Shown here: in pieces, positions 50,875-64,000 of the stretch | Position numbering within the stretch: the stretch's first letter is position 1 | Layout: the number at the start of each line of letters is the position of its first letter | Source: Camelus dromedarius | Taxonomy: Eukaryota | Assembly: GCF_036321535.1 (NCBI RefSeq) | Contig: NC_087436.1 | Location: 63,242,001-63,306,000 of the forward strand | DNA: 64,000 bases | Reading direction: 5' to 3' | Made by a program: the position numbers and the translations under genes | The notes under the pieces: model-generated | Told to the model about the DNA's origin: nothing | What the model saw: the letters and a program-made list of their open reading frames with translations, nothing else | The model's database searches: none

Positions 50875-51800
50875 AACAAAGAATAAAATCAGAGAATATA
50901 TCCAAAATATACAAGAACTCTTAAATTTCAAAAAAAGAATGCAGGAGAAAAATTGAAATGGGCAAAAGACCTCAATATAAAAATGGCAATGAACATATAA
51001 AAATGGCAAATAAACATATAAAAAAGATTCAACATCATTTGTGATTGGGGAAATGCAAACTAAAACATAATGAGATACTACTACATACACATTAGAATGG
51101 CTAAAAACCAAATCACAACAAGGACAAACAACAACAAAAATCGAACAATATAAATTGTTAGTGAGAACGTGGAGCAATAGGAACTCTCACTAACAGTGGG
51201 AATTAAGCCTGGTACATCCACTTTAGTACAAAATATTCTTACAGAGCTAAACATAATTTTGCCATAGGATTAAGCAATTATTCTGTTGGATATTTATCAA
51301 ACTTACTTAAAAATTGATTCCACAAAAAAACTTTAACATGAGTAAATATAGCAATTTTATTCAAAATCATCAAAAAGTGTAAGGAACCAGATGTCCTTCA
51401 AAGTGAATGGATAAACAAATTGTGATGCATCCATAAAATTAAATGCTATTCAGTGACAGAAACAAATGAGCTATAAAGTTACACCAAAACCTGGATGCAA
51501 TTTAAATGCATATTGCTAAGTAAAAGAAGCTAGTCTGAAAAGGTAACATACTGTTTATATGAAATTTTACAAAAAGTATAGCTATAGAAATAGTAAACAT
51601 ATGAGTGGTTACTAGGTGTTCTGGGTTGGGAAGAGTGAGGGAAGCGGGTGAAACAACTGAAGAAAAGGGATTTTTTAGGACAATATAACTATCCTGTTTA
51701 ATATTTAAGTGGTGGATATATCACACTCCACATTTGTGAAAACTCAGAAATTTATAGCACAAACAGTAAATCTTAATGTATACACTTTTTTAAAAAATTA
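50875..51800 (+). mobile_element. L1 (L1MB/L1MC-type) ORF2 end and 3' UTR
   Basis: 'gggaaatgcaaactaaaacataatgagatactactacatacacattagaatggctaaaa', 'gtgaatggataaacaaattgtg', 'ctaagtaaaagaagctagtctgaaaagg'. Confidence 0.85.
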
Positions 51801-51809
51801 GAAGGACAG

Positions 51810-54318
51810 ATAAATTTACTGGCGAATTCTACCAAATATTTAATGAAGAATTATCTTAATCTTTTTTACAGTCTTCCAAAAAATAAAAGAGGAGAGAACA
51901 CATCCAAATTCTTTCCAAAAGTCAGAATTACCATAAGGCCAAAATTAGACAAACACATTAAAAGAAAAGAAATTGCAGAACAATATCCTTTCTTAATATA
52001 AGAGCAAAAATCCCCAGAAAATCAATACAAATCATCAATACAAATCCTACAGCATGTAAAAAGGATTACACACCTTGACTAAGTAGGATTTAACCAAGGA
52101 ATGCAAGGTTATTTGGTATGAGAAAATGAGTCACTAAAATACACCATATTAGAAAAAAATCATGAACACTTCAATAGATATAGATTTTAAAAAATGACAA
52201 AATTCAATATCCTTTCATGATAAAAACACCAAAAAACTGGAAGGGAATTTCCTCAAAACCTAAGTCATACTTACTGGAGTAAGAATGAAAGCTTTCCCCT
52301 GAAATCAGGAATAAGGCTCAGTATTCTGTCATCTCTTTTCAACAATGTACTATAGGTTCTAAGCAGGACAGTTAGGCACGAAGAAAGAAATAAGGGTACC
52401 TAGATTATAAAGGAAGAAGTAAAATTATGTCTAGTTGGAGGTGGCATGATCTTATATATAGGAACTTTCTCAACTCCACAAATATCCATTAGAACTAACA
52501 AACAACGTTAAAAAAGTTGCAGGGCACAAGCTCAATATTAAAAAATAAGTTACATTTTGATACACTAGCAATAAACAATCTGAAAATGAGACTAAGAAAA
52601 TTCCATTTACATAGCATTAAGAAGAATAAAATTCTCAGGAATAAATTTGACACAAGGAGTGCAATACTTGCATGGTGAAAACTAAAAACATTGTTGAAAT
52701 AAAATAAATACCACCAAAAAAAGAAAAAAATCCCTTGATTATGGATTGAAAGGCATAATACTATTAAGACAGCTATACTCTAAAAATTGATCTACAGATT
52801 TAATGTAATACTTATCAAAATTCCAACTACTTTTTTTTCCCCCAGAAATAGAAAAGCTGATCCTGAATACTCAAGAAACCCAGGCCCCCAAAAACAATTT
52901 TGCAAAAGAACAAAGTTGGAGGATTTGTACTTCCCAATTTCAAAACTAAACTACAAAACTAGAGTAATTAAGACAGCATGGTACTGGCATAAAGATAGAC
53001 CAAAAAAACAATGAAATAGAATTGAGATTCCAGAAATAAACTTGTGGTCAATTGATTTTGACAAAGGTGCCAAAAGCATTGAATGAAGGTAGCATAGTCT
53101 TTTCAACAAATGGTTCTAGAACATCTGGATATCAACATGCTATAGAATGAATTTGAATCCCTACCTCACATTATATACAAACATTAACTAAAAATTGACC
53201 AAAATCCTGCAAATTATTGCTAAAACTATAAAGCCCTCCAGAGAAAATATACTTGTCAATCTTTGTAATCTTGAATGTGACAACAACAAAATAAGCAACA
53301 ACATAAAAATAGATAAATTGGACTTCACTGAAATTAGAAGCTTTTGTGCATCAAAGCACATTATCAAGAAAGTGAAAAGACAAATCTATATCCGATAAGG
53401 GCCTACCATTTAGAATATATAGACACGTCTTATATCTCAGCAATAAACAGGTAAATTACCCACTTACAAATAGACAGGATTTAGCTAGATATTTCTACAA
53501 AAAAGATATGCAAATGGTCAATAAACACACGAAAAGATACCTAACACCATTAGCAAAATGTAAATCAAAATTACAGTGAGATACCATTTTATACCCACTA
53601 GGATGGCTATATTCAAATGAATAAAAAATAACATGTGTTGCTGAATATGTGGAAAAATTGAAATTCTGACCTATTGCTGATAAGAATGTAAAGTGTTCAG
53701 GCTTCTGTGGAAAACAGTCTGGCTGTTCCTCAAAAAGTTAAACATGCAGTTGTCCTATAACCCAGAGATTCTTTTCTAAGCTCTGTACCCAAGACATATC
53801 CACATAAAAACTTGTAGATGGAGGTTTACAACAGCATTATTTATAATTGCTCAAAAATGGAAACAATGCAAGTGCTCATCAACTGATGGATAGATAAATA
53901 AATCATCATATCAACACAATGGAATAAATTCATTCAATGCAATAAAAAGAAATGAAATACTAATACATGCCATGACATGGATGAACCTAGAAAATATCCT
54001 AAGTGAAAGGGGCTAGTCACAAAGGCCCACATATTGAATGTTTCAGTTTATATAAAATATCCAGAGTAGACAAACTGTTCAAGAGAGAATGTAAATTAGT
54101 TGTTTCCTGGGGTTGGGAGTAGGGCAGAAACGGGAGTGACTACTACCTGATACAGAGTTCTTGTTATTGTTATTGTTTTTTGCAGTGGTAATAAAATATT
54201 CTGGAATTAGACAAAGGTGATGGTTGTACAGTCTGCCATACATACTAAAAATCAGTTAACTGTATACCTTAAAATAGGGAATTTTATGTTACATGAATTA
54301 TATCTCAGTTAAAAGAAG
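51810..54318 (+). mobile_element. L1MB-type LINE: decayed ORF2 (RT to C-terminus) and 3' UTR
   Basis: ORF fragments IYRFNVILIKIP and YKTRVIKTAWYWHKDR are L1 ORF2 motifs; degenerate KLSLFADDMILY at about 52420-52460; L1MB-type end 'tttatgttacatgaattatatctcagttaaa'. Confidence 0.9.
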
Positions 54319-57300
54319 TAATTTGTCATTTTTATATTACATAAGACTCTTGATAAAGAGTGTCACTAACATCAGTTACATGGTGAAAATAAAATGTGAT
54401 CTCACCAAATTAGAAATATTTTCCAGAACATGAATTATGTTTAAGTATAAAATTATGCTTCTCTAAATCTGTATAGAGGAAGAATTTGTTACACTGTACT
54501 GTGCCTTAATGCTAACCATACTTAATATTTATGGGTTTGGGCGATCCTGAAGAACCAATGCTGTGTCTCTTCACTTTGATTGAATACAAATGAATATTTT
54601 AGTGTTCATAATTTTTTAAAAGAGTTAAAGAAGTTCATTAATTTCGGGAGAATTTTTGGGATCTTGTGCACTGTGTTGAATGTGCTCAAGAAATGATCAC
54701 GACAACAACAGTAACATAAAATAATGTGTAATAAAAGTGTTTTATACATTCTCTAGTGCAACAGTGCATATAATCAGAAGATACAATACCCACTCCAGAA
54801 ACTCAGGTATTTAATGAATTAAAATTTTACTTGATTTTCTGTAACAATTTAATTGTCAATATTTTCATCATAGTCCATTCTTTGTGTTCACTTACATAGA
54901 CTGTCATTTCCCTGAGAGTTCAATTCAAGTTCTGGAAGCTTTTCAATGTGCTGAGGAGTTGCATATGAATATCTGGTTCTTAATGCCACCCAGCTGTCAA
55001 CAGAATGTAATTTCTGCAAAGGCAGGGATTTCAAGTGCATTGATCACTGCTGCTGTGCCTCATTGTCTATAAAGATTTGGCACCTAATAGAGGTTCACTA
55101 GATAATTGTCCAATTGATAGTGTATATGCTAGCATCTCCTAAGATGACCATTGTTTTTGTTGGTTCTTATTACTTGTGTACAAATGACTATTTTAAAGAG
55201 TTCTCCAGACCAAGTTTTGGGATAGTCTCTGAATCTTTTTAGGTCTTATATGGTGAGAGACATTACACATTCTTTTCTGGTCTCTGCATTCCTACCATCT
55301 CCCAAGGGCTCTTCACAGGAAATGAGAAACAGGTTTCTTTTATGCTTGAATATCAAAAATTTACCTGGGATTTGGCCAAAGAAAAGAGCACAGAGCCCCT
55401 TTCTCTAACATTCAGTACCACTTGCTTCACTCTACTTTGTTTCTGCTCAGGGAATCCTATTTCCCTCTAGGTTATGGGGAAGAAGCACGGGGAGGGAGTT
55501 CCTTGCCAGGAGTCACAGCATCCTTGCTCTTAATTTTTTTCCCCCAAATTTTATATCCTCTTTATTCCCTTTTGGGTATAGACTTTTGAAAATTAAAGTT
55601 TCAAAAGTGACTCACTTTTTTCTCTCATATTCTTTTCTTGAGGTAATGAGTAAGAATGACTATTTAAATATAGGAAAGGCAAAGAAGGCAATAATGCAAG
55701 TGAGAAATATTAAATAAGTAAATTTAATAAATACAAGCAATTATATTTATATGTATTAACATATACAGTATATGACAGCTTGAGTCAGGGGCAAAAAAAT
55801 TAATGTAATAAACTAAAATTTGATGTATAAAATCACCTGTCTAAACTGTGAAATCCTAAGTTATTTCAGTTGTTCTGCAAGATTATTAAAGAAATCTTAT
55901 TTAGAATATATAATTGAAGGAAGATAATCAATGAACATTTTCTCATGGAAATATCTACTCCTAGTGCAAGAATTAACTCCCCTCTAATTGAAGTTGGGAG
56001 AGAGGTATAACAAATTAGGTTAAGATGTAGATTCCCTGGTGCTCTTCTACTAATGGAAAGCCAGAAAGAATAATATTATAGAGGGCCCTGTACTCCAAAT
56101 TAAGGAGCTTGAACTGTGTCCTATATCAGGTAGTAAATAAAAAGTCATCTTGCTTAGTCAACACTGACTTTCTTTTCATTAAAACTACCAACAAAGACCT
56201 CATTCTGCTTTCTGTTTACCCTTGATATTCCACTGTAACATCTCTCCTTTCCTATTTTCAAGCAATTTAAAATTACCATCAAAATGGCCTTCTCTTATAC
56301 TTTAGGTGGACTGTTAGCTTGACAGTCTGATCACTTATACCTTCTTATTCAAGAATGACCACTAATAACTTAATGTATAGCACTAAACCCTGTTTTATTA
56401 TATCTTTGACGTTCGAAGTTTTTTCAGTAGATTGTTCTTTAGATAAATAACTAAAGGTTGTGATTTCTGGCACCTTGTACATTAGTGAGGATGACACTTT
56501 AACATATTTGGGGAAATTCTTATTTCCTTAGTCATTCTCTATATTTGGCTATACATTTCAATTTTATGTGAAACTGATCTTCCCTGTGAATAAAGGTCAT
56601 AGCCTACAAAATACAGGGCAAGGTAAATTTGATATCCCAAAAGTGACTGGCAAAGAATTAATTGAATTGCTAAAACAATATTTTATGTGATTGGCTAAAA
56701 ATAAATAATTGTATATATCATGAATATATATAAATAATCTATCTATATATTTTATATAAAATATTGCTAGATCCATAAAGTCTACTTATCTCAGTGTTAT
56801 TTCTGTCTTCAGTTTTAAAAAGAAAATGTTCAGCCTGATAAAAATGGATGCAAAAATTCAGTACAAATTATACACAAAAATCAGCTTAAGCTGTTTAACT
56901 AGTATGGTGTCTCATTTGTTGAAATTTAAATATTATAGTCCCCTCTTCATTTATTTATGCACTATTGTACTTATATATCTGTAGATACGTAGAAATAGTC
57001 TACTCTTTGAAAAAGTACAAGAACTCTGAAATTTTAGTTGGTATAATTTCATACACTTTCTATTAAAAAATATATATCAATAAATTTTAATTCACTTTAT
57101 CACATATATATGTATATAAATTATTTATTAATCTTCAGGTCAACTAATATCTTGCCACATTGTATCTTCCAGGTGTGTGTGTTAACTGTAAACTCTTGGA
57201 AGTAAGTGTATGGGAAGTTCAATCACCTCTGAAAGGACGTTGTAATGGCCCCAGATCTCAGTAAGAATATTACTACAATGTCAAAACTGGGAGTAGGCAT

Positions 57301-58283
57301 CACTTTTCTTCTAAGCAAATATTTTGAAAAGAAGCCCTAGGGAAAAGAGCATTTGGATGTCAATTTAGAACAGGTGGACAAGACAACAGGGGATCTCCAT
57401 CAGACAGGAGCCAGCACAGAGGCAGACAGGCCTGCTATTACTGTATACTGTGCCCATCAATTAACTCCTCAAAGAAATAAAATCACAGTACTAATCTATA
57501 TCATTGATTTCCTTGAAAAGAAGCAGTTCCAGCATATGTGATACAGTGGTGAATTATCAGGAAATTACAAAGTAAGATTCTACTGGACTTATCTTAAAGC
57601 TGAAATTCTTTGAAAATAGACTACTGTTTTAGTAACTTTTTTCCCAACTCCTTAAAGAGGTTTAAGAAAATTTAAGAAGCATGATGGCAGTGTCAATCTT
57701 TATAATGCCACTCAATTCCAGCCATTTTTAAAATTGCTAACTTTCCTAATCTAATTATATAAATGGTTATTACCTATAAAATAGCAATTAATTCTAAGAA
57801 GCACCTGTAAAGATGGACTTGCACTTATGAAGCCTGAAACCGGTAGGGATTTAAATTCATTGAAAACAATGGAGTGAAATCCTTGAAGTAAGCTACATAC
57901 TAAGGCCTAAGGTTTTAAACTTTCTAAACATGGTAGAATAATATTCCCTAGTTTACTTGAATTCCTCAGCTGTAGTGGTGAAGGATGTGACTAATTACTG
58001 ATGACTTTTATCCCAATGGTAGCTTACATGATTAGGCTTTCTAATATTTAATGTCTTTATTCTAACTATGCAAAAAAAAAAATGAATTTAATGGTAAGAA
58101 AAAGGCATGTAAGTAAAAAAAAGTTCAACCTCCCTTTCACTTGGTCCTGTCACATCAGAGCCAAGAATTTCAGCCAAACATTTTATGTACGTAGACTGGG
58201 TGACTAATGAGTTACCTGTTCCATGAATGTAAAGAGAAGAAGGAAATGATATGCAACAGGGCAAATCTAAAAATCTGTATGTA

Positions 58284-58485
58284 CAAGTAATTCTCAGCAA
58301 GGGCAGTCTTGTCCCTCCCCCAGAAGACCTGGCAATGTGCGGAGAGATGGTTTCATTTGTCACAACTGGGAGGGGAGCTGGCTACTGGCATCTAATGGTA
58401 GAGAGCACAGATACTGCTAAAGACACTATAGTGCATCAGAAAGCTCCGTTCCACAATTATCTTTCCATGATGTTAATAGTACCAT
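58284..58485 (+). mobile_element. MER20 (hAT-Charlie) DNA transposon
   Basis: 'ttctcagcaagggcagtcttgtccctccccagaagacctggcaatgtgcggagag...tgtcacaactggg...ctactggcatctaatggtagag...tgctaaagac' follows MER20. Confidence 0.85.
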
Positions 58486-61177
58486 CATGTGTGCCACTGG
58501 ATGCAAAGGAAGAGAAAATAATTAGTCAAACAAGCACCATCACAGGAAAAAGTCAAAGACATGGTAGAACCATGCTTAAATATGTTTTGGTAATGTAGTG
58601 CTGACATAAAAAAACAGTATAGATACATTAAAATCCATATTGTGAGTAGAAACCAGGAAATAATCATTTTGTGATAATTAGACATACATTGGAGTACTGT
58701 ATAGGATAGATATATTTAGACAACCTCTCTCAGAAACTGTATTTGCTAGAATTCCAGTTAAATTACTTACACTATCTCATCTCTTCATCTATAATTTATG
58801 GGCCCCTAATAAGGAAGGTTTTACAGCAATCAGTAGTTCCTGTCAAAAATCTTGGCAGTAATGTAGAGATAAATTCGTGAACTTGAACAGACCACTGGGA
58901 ACTCAGATCATTAATTCATCAATTAATGAGGCTTTGTTCTATCGACCTTTGGTTTTATCAGAAAATCCTAAAGTGAGGGTTTGAATCCTATCATCTTGAA
59001 CTAGAAGCTCTAATACTGCCACTGTGTAAACATTGGTTTATATCAGGGTTTAGATAGTGGTTTTCATTCCAAGAAAAAAAAGAACACATCTCCATTAAAT
59101 TATTTTCAGTGTGGAGGTATTTTATTGATCAAAATCTCCATTTGTGAAGATATTTATTCCTTTGAAATACATCCCTATTGTGCCACAGTCACACCAAATG
59201 ACTCTCTCCACTGTAATGGTTTTAACTCACTGATATGTGTCCAATAGTTGAGAATATCTCTTCACAAGGTGTGGAAAATTGACTCACTTCTGAGAAAGAC
59301 AATCACATACCACTTCACATTTCTTTCCTTCCAAATAGGCCTTCCTTCTTATAACCTGGACCATTTGAAAATCCTGGTGGAATGAAGACTCAGAGAAACA
59401 AAAAGGCAAAGAATCACTGATAAATCATATACAATCATAATCATATACAAAATATTATAAGATTGGGGGAATGATTAAAAATAAATATTTGTGTTGTTCA
59501 ATCTTGTAAAAACAAAAATACAAGGTGATTTAAATACCTACATTACTGCCAAGATTTTTGGCATGAACTACAGTGTCTAATGTATCAATTTTTTTATTAA
59601 GGGAATTTTCATAATTTACAAAGGATTAATTAAGAGAAGTTGCGTAATGAATTTGGTAGAAGCATGAAAGTGTATATGTAAGCAATTCTTTATTCTTTAT
59701 CATAAAATTCTATCAAGGAATATTGACAAAGATTGTTTTATATTTACCCATCTGAAAACCTTGTATTTACTTGTCCTATTTTGTTTTCAAAAAACCTCCT
59801 TCTATGGTGCAAACTTATCGGTGAAATTTGAAGATAAATTACAATTATTTACATATATACTAGGCACAATGAATCTAACTGCCTTATGCAGAATAATCCA
59901 GTAATTATATCTCATCATACAGTATATTTGTATCTAATGAGCCAGATGTTGAAAATGGAACTATTCAGCAAAGCATTGAGCAATTTATCACAAAATTCAC
60001 CATTTCATCTCCTTGCAAACAAGACTACACATGTTATCTTTTTCTATTGTTCTTTAAAGAAAACTAGGAAAGGAAAAATACATGTACATGTAGGTCCTGT
60101 TGCTCTGGAATTATTCCCTCAGGATTTCAGGTAGAATCACATGCAAGTCAGTAAGCTAAAATCATTCCCTTTATATGTTTGTTTCCTCCAACCATTCTCA
60201 TTTAATCAATTTGGTCTGAGACAATAGCAAAAAGCATCTTTACCCATAAAACTAAAATATGTAACTAAAAAAAAAATCTTAGCACGAATTACAGGTAACA
60301 TGAAAATGTTAATATATATTCTGTCGATTTCTTCTGCCTCTGGGTACACAGATTCATTTTTGATCATGGTAGGAGCTGTGTAAAGAATGTTCCCTGAGAA
60401 AATGATCCTCTAGGTACTGTGCTTCAGAGTTCTTTTATTATTGTTCATTGTGAGGCTTTACTGAGGGACAAACACTTATCACACCTATGCTTGCTTGAGA
60501 AGAGGACCCGTGGCCCTCTTCTGTCACCAGAGTGCCAGTGAGTGAGGATTCCAGGACAAGTGGAAAGCGATAGAAGAGTTTTCAGAAAGATCAAACTCTC
60601 TAACTGTGCTCAGTCAGAGGAGATGAGAGAAGAGGGTTCTGGATATGGAGGAGTAAAAGAGGAGAATGAGACACCCAGATAATGGAACTGTGCAGCCACA
60701 CTGGCTTTTCTAACCAGAGGACTCATACAGAAGAAGAACTATGTGAGTTATGCCTACACTTAGCATAATTGCAAATTATTGAAGTCAGATAATTATGCGT
60801 TAATATTTAACAGGTTTGCCGTGGTTATTATTGTTCAAATTAAAAGATCAAGAAAAGGAGAGATGGAGTTGTGTGAGTATCCACATGTCTTGCTTTTCAT
60901 GGCTGGAAATTAATATACATGATGTCAATTTTTTAAGTAGATTAGATAGTTGTATATAATGTGTAAGTTAAATTCATAAGAATCAGTAAATATGAACAAA
61001 ATTCAGTGCTTTCTTCAGCAAAATGGGGAAGTGAGTGTTGTTTTATACCTTTTGAGGATTTTTTTCATTTTTTTAATACAAACATGTTTTTCATATGTAA
61101 GAAACTAGTGTAATTAAAATGCAAAAAAGTCATCGGTTTTTAGACGTAGCAGCTAATACATAAAATACGGTGGTATT

Positions 61178-61612
61178 TATGGCAGATTATGTTATTGTTT
61201 GCAAATACCCACTCTTCCCTTCCCCTCTGCCACCCACACAAAAGCAGGACAGGCCCCTGACCCACTCATGTAAGTTTCCCTGTGATTTGCTTTGGCCAGT
61301 TGAATGTACCAGTGTGCCTTTTGTCACCGGAGGCTTTAAAAGGCACAGCGAGTTCCTTGGAGGCCTTACTATCTGCCATCTGTCGTGAGAAGTGCGTGCA
61401 TGCCCCATGTGCCTGCTAGCCCCAGAAAGTGTGGTAGGTAGCGTACATCTGAGTCCAGCTTGCAGCTGAGAACATATTTGCCTCAGCCACTCCACACCAC
61501 TCTTCTAAATTTAACAAGTTTGTGTGAGCTAGAAGCAAACGTGTGTTGATATAAGCTGCTGAAATGTTGAGGTTTGTTTCACAACATTACTGTAGTAAAA
61601 TATGGATAGTGT
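61178..61612 (+). mobile_element. MaLR MLT1-type LTR
   Basis: 'tatggcagattatg...tgtgatttgctttggccagttgaatgt...tataagctgctgaaatgttgaggtttgtttcacaacattac'. Confidence 0.75.
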
Positions 61613-61769
61613 AATCATGCGATCATATTTACCACAGAAGGTGAGTGCACTTTGCTTCCCCCAAAATGGGTAATGGAATTGTTTTCTCACCACCAAAATG
61701 GTTAGCAGGAATACCAGATGACAAGTAATCTATTTTGGGTTTCCTGTTTTGCTAAACTGATGACACTGA

Positions 61770-61990
61770 GGACATTATAAGGGCTTTAGACTGAGAGATA
61801 CTGGTTTTAAATCCTGGTTCTTCCATTTAACTCTCTGGTTAACTTTGAACAAGTTGCTTAACCCTATGCATTTTGGTTTCTTCATTTGCATTAAGGAAAT
61901 AATGCCAGTCTTATAAGCTTGAAAGAGTCAAATAAAAATAGCACTGAGAAGTACCTGGCACATTTTATGGTACATTGTAAGATCGATAGT
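61770..61990 (+). mobile_element. MIR SINE
   Basis: 'gggctttagactgagagatactggttttaaatcctggttc...actttgaacaagttgcttaacc...ggtttcttcatttg'. Confidence 0.75.
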
Positions 61991-62199
61991 TAGTTACTAA
62001 TAAACTGTATTTCATTGTTTTTCAAAAAGAAAAAAACAGTTTTAGGTAATATTGGATTCTAAGGTTTCTGATGTGAAATTTGATTCCTTAAGTAATCTAT
62101 GCCTCTATGGATTGTTGATTTTAGAATTGAAAAATTAGCACTTGGAAGATATAAAATAAGGAAAAGACGAAAGGGCAACGCAAGGAATAGTGTGTGGAA

Positions 62200-62685
62200 C
62201 ATGCGGTTGTTTTAGCTAAAAATAGCAGACAACTAAAATCAAACTAACTTTATTATAAGGAAACATATTACCTTATGCACATTGAATATATGGTAAGCTT
62301 CATAGCTGATTGGTCTTTTCATCTCTCCCATCTGCCATCCTCTGTTTTGCTAAATCTTTCAGATTGTTCCAAAATAGCTAAAACTCCTCCAGGTTTCACC
62401 TTCTATGGTCAGGTGAAGTGGGAAATCATCTCTTCCTGCAGTTTCCTCTAGAGACAAGAAAACTACTCCCAGCAGCTCCAAGCAGAATTTGTCTCATGTT
62501 CTACTGACCAGAATTTGGTCACATCTGAATATTAAGAAGATGAATGAGCTTACTTTAGAAATACTGAGCCCTCCACTGGAGCTGGTGGTGGCTCAGCTTC
62601 CTCTGATGTGCAAGGTACTATGATGGAGAGATAGTTACCTAAGACAAAGGCTCTGTTGGAAAACAGGAAGGGGAGTATGAGACAC
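62200..62685 (-). mobile_element. Old MaLR LTR (MLT1K/L-like), antisense
   Basis: 'agacaactaaaatcaaactaacttta', 'tctcatgttctactgaccagaatttggtcacat', 'caaggctctgttggaaaacaggaagggg'. Confidence 0.5.
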
Positions 62686-64000
62686 CTGACCATGTCTCTT
62701 AAAAGGTAAAAATGTACTTTATCTAACAAACCATTGCTCACATTATATAGGTGGTTATTTGTAATAAAGATCACTTTTAAAATATTAACTAATCTTAAGA
62801 AACAAAGAGAAACTTTTGAAAACGGCATACGACGTATTTTAGCCTGGTTAACCATTAAACCCATAATTGATTTGGAGTGCAGCCACCACAAGCTGTTCCA
62901 AGAAAGAAAAAATAAAGACTTTTTATGAAACACTCATCTAAGAATAGAAGTATGCATTTTTTCCTCTACGTGGGCAATGCGTATTATAGTATGTTCTTTA
63001 AAAACTCTGTAAGAAGTTAAAATGCAGCTGTAAAAGTACAGCCCAACACAATGGCCCTCTGTTAGTCATTTGCACTGGTTCTTGCATGTAAAAATATTTG
63101 GCTTTTAGGTCACCAACAGATAAGAAATTTCTGGGTCTTCAGAAGAAAAGACTGATTATTTTTACATACTATTCTAGTATAATCCCTTACAAGGACACGT
63201 CCAAGTGCATGTTCAATAATTTTACATATTTAAATTTAATAAATGGAAAAATATTTTCCATCTTCAAAAGTGGCACTTAACTCAAATCCACAGAACTGTA
63301 TTGCACTTCAACAGCAGGTAAAAATAATGCCTGCAAATAGGAATCTTATTGTTACTCGGTAACTTATTTAAAAAAAAAAAAAAGACATACAGAGCTGTTT
63401 AAATTTTTATTTCACATCTACAAAGATATGAGGTCTTATTAACAATTAAATGACCTCAGGTATATATGACTGAAAATACAGTAATAATACATAGTCATGT
63501 AGTGATGGGGACCATAATGCTACATGCTTTAAATCTTCAACTGCGGCACTGGTGTCTGCTAGTCTGCTTGAGATGTGCTATTGCTTCTGCTTTTCTGTCT
63601 TGGCCAAGGTCTAGTTTCCACTTGTCTACTTTTCTACCATTACAGATCTTCCTGGACAGCTTAGACGAGCAATGTCAAGGTTCTGAAAGCTGTTATGTGT
63701 ATTTAATCCCATCGTGCCCACAAGGATCAAGTAACTTAGCACAGGATGGGTCCTTGGACCTCTTTCAACCACCCTGAGATAGACCTCGGCCAGGATTTTA
63801 TTTCCTGGACCCCACATGTTCCCACTCAAGCTGTGTGGGGAAGGTATGATGGCATTTTGGGTCTCCTATGAGAGAGCTGTACATACAAACTTTAGCATTG
63901 CACAGTCCTTCTTTAGGGGTCCTAAGCTCTTCTTCCAGCAATGGGTTAAGTCTGAGAACTGACTTGGGTATGAAAATGATAGCCATGACCACAGACCTAT

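Noticed and set aside
50776..51177. 133-aa hydrophobic ORF on the - strand
   Set aside because: Antisense reading of L1 and LTR sequence.
1..64000. CRISPR arrays, rRNA, operons or other prokaryotic-type systems
   Set aside because: The sequence is mammalian and repeat-rich; no regularly spaced repeat-spacer arrays or long coding frames.

Overview
AT-rich, CpG-depleted eutherian genomic DNA, most likely camelid: it carries a tRNA-Ala-derived Vic-1-type SINE and cetartiodactyl-type L1 3' ends. I can recognise no host protein-coding exon. The listed ORFs are either chance ORFs or decayed retroelement fragments (ERV-L gag/RNase H/integrase, L1 ORF2). The window is dominated by transposable elements: an internally deleted ERV-L provirus (5.1-8.2 kb), a nest of five solo LTRs (11.2-14.0 kb), L1s of several ages, MaLR LTRs, L2, MIR, probable CR1/L3, and hAT DNA transposons (MER33, MER45A, MER20). 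A plausible non-CpG-island promoter and first exon lies on the + strand at ~37.1-37.6 kb, and there are a few well-formed candidate small exons, so this may be the 5' end of a gene with very long introns. I could not identify the gene. The most striking structure is a near-perfect palindrome with 98-bp arms (18027-18237) inside a short L1 insertion. Its inverted arm copies both L1 and flanking target-site DNA, which is the footprint of a fold-back template switch. Repeat family names come from my recollection of consensus sequences and boundaries of old elements are approximate; all need RepeatMasker/Dfam confirmation.
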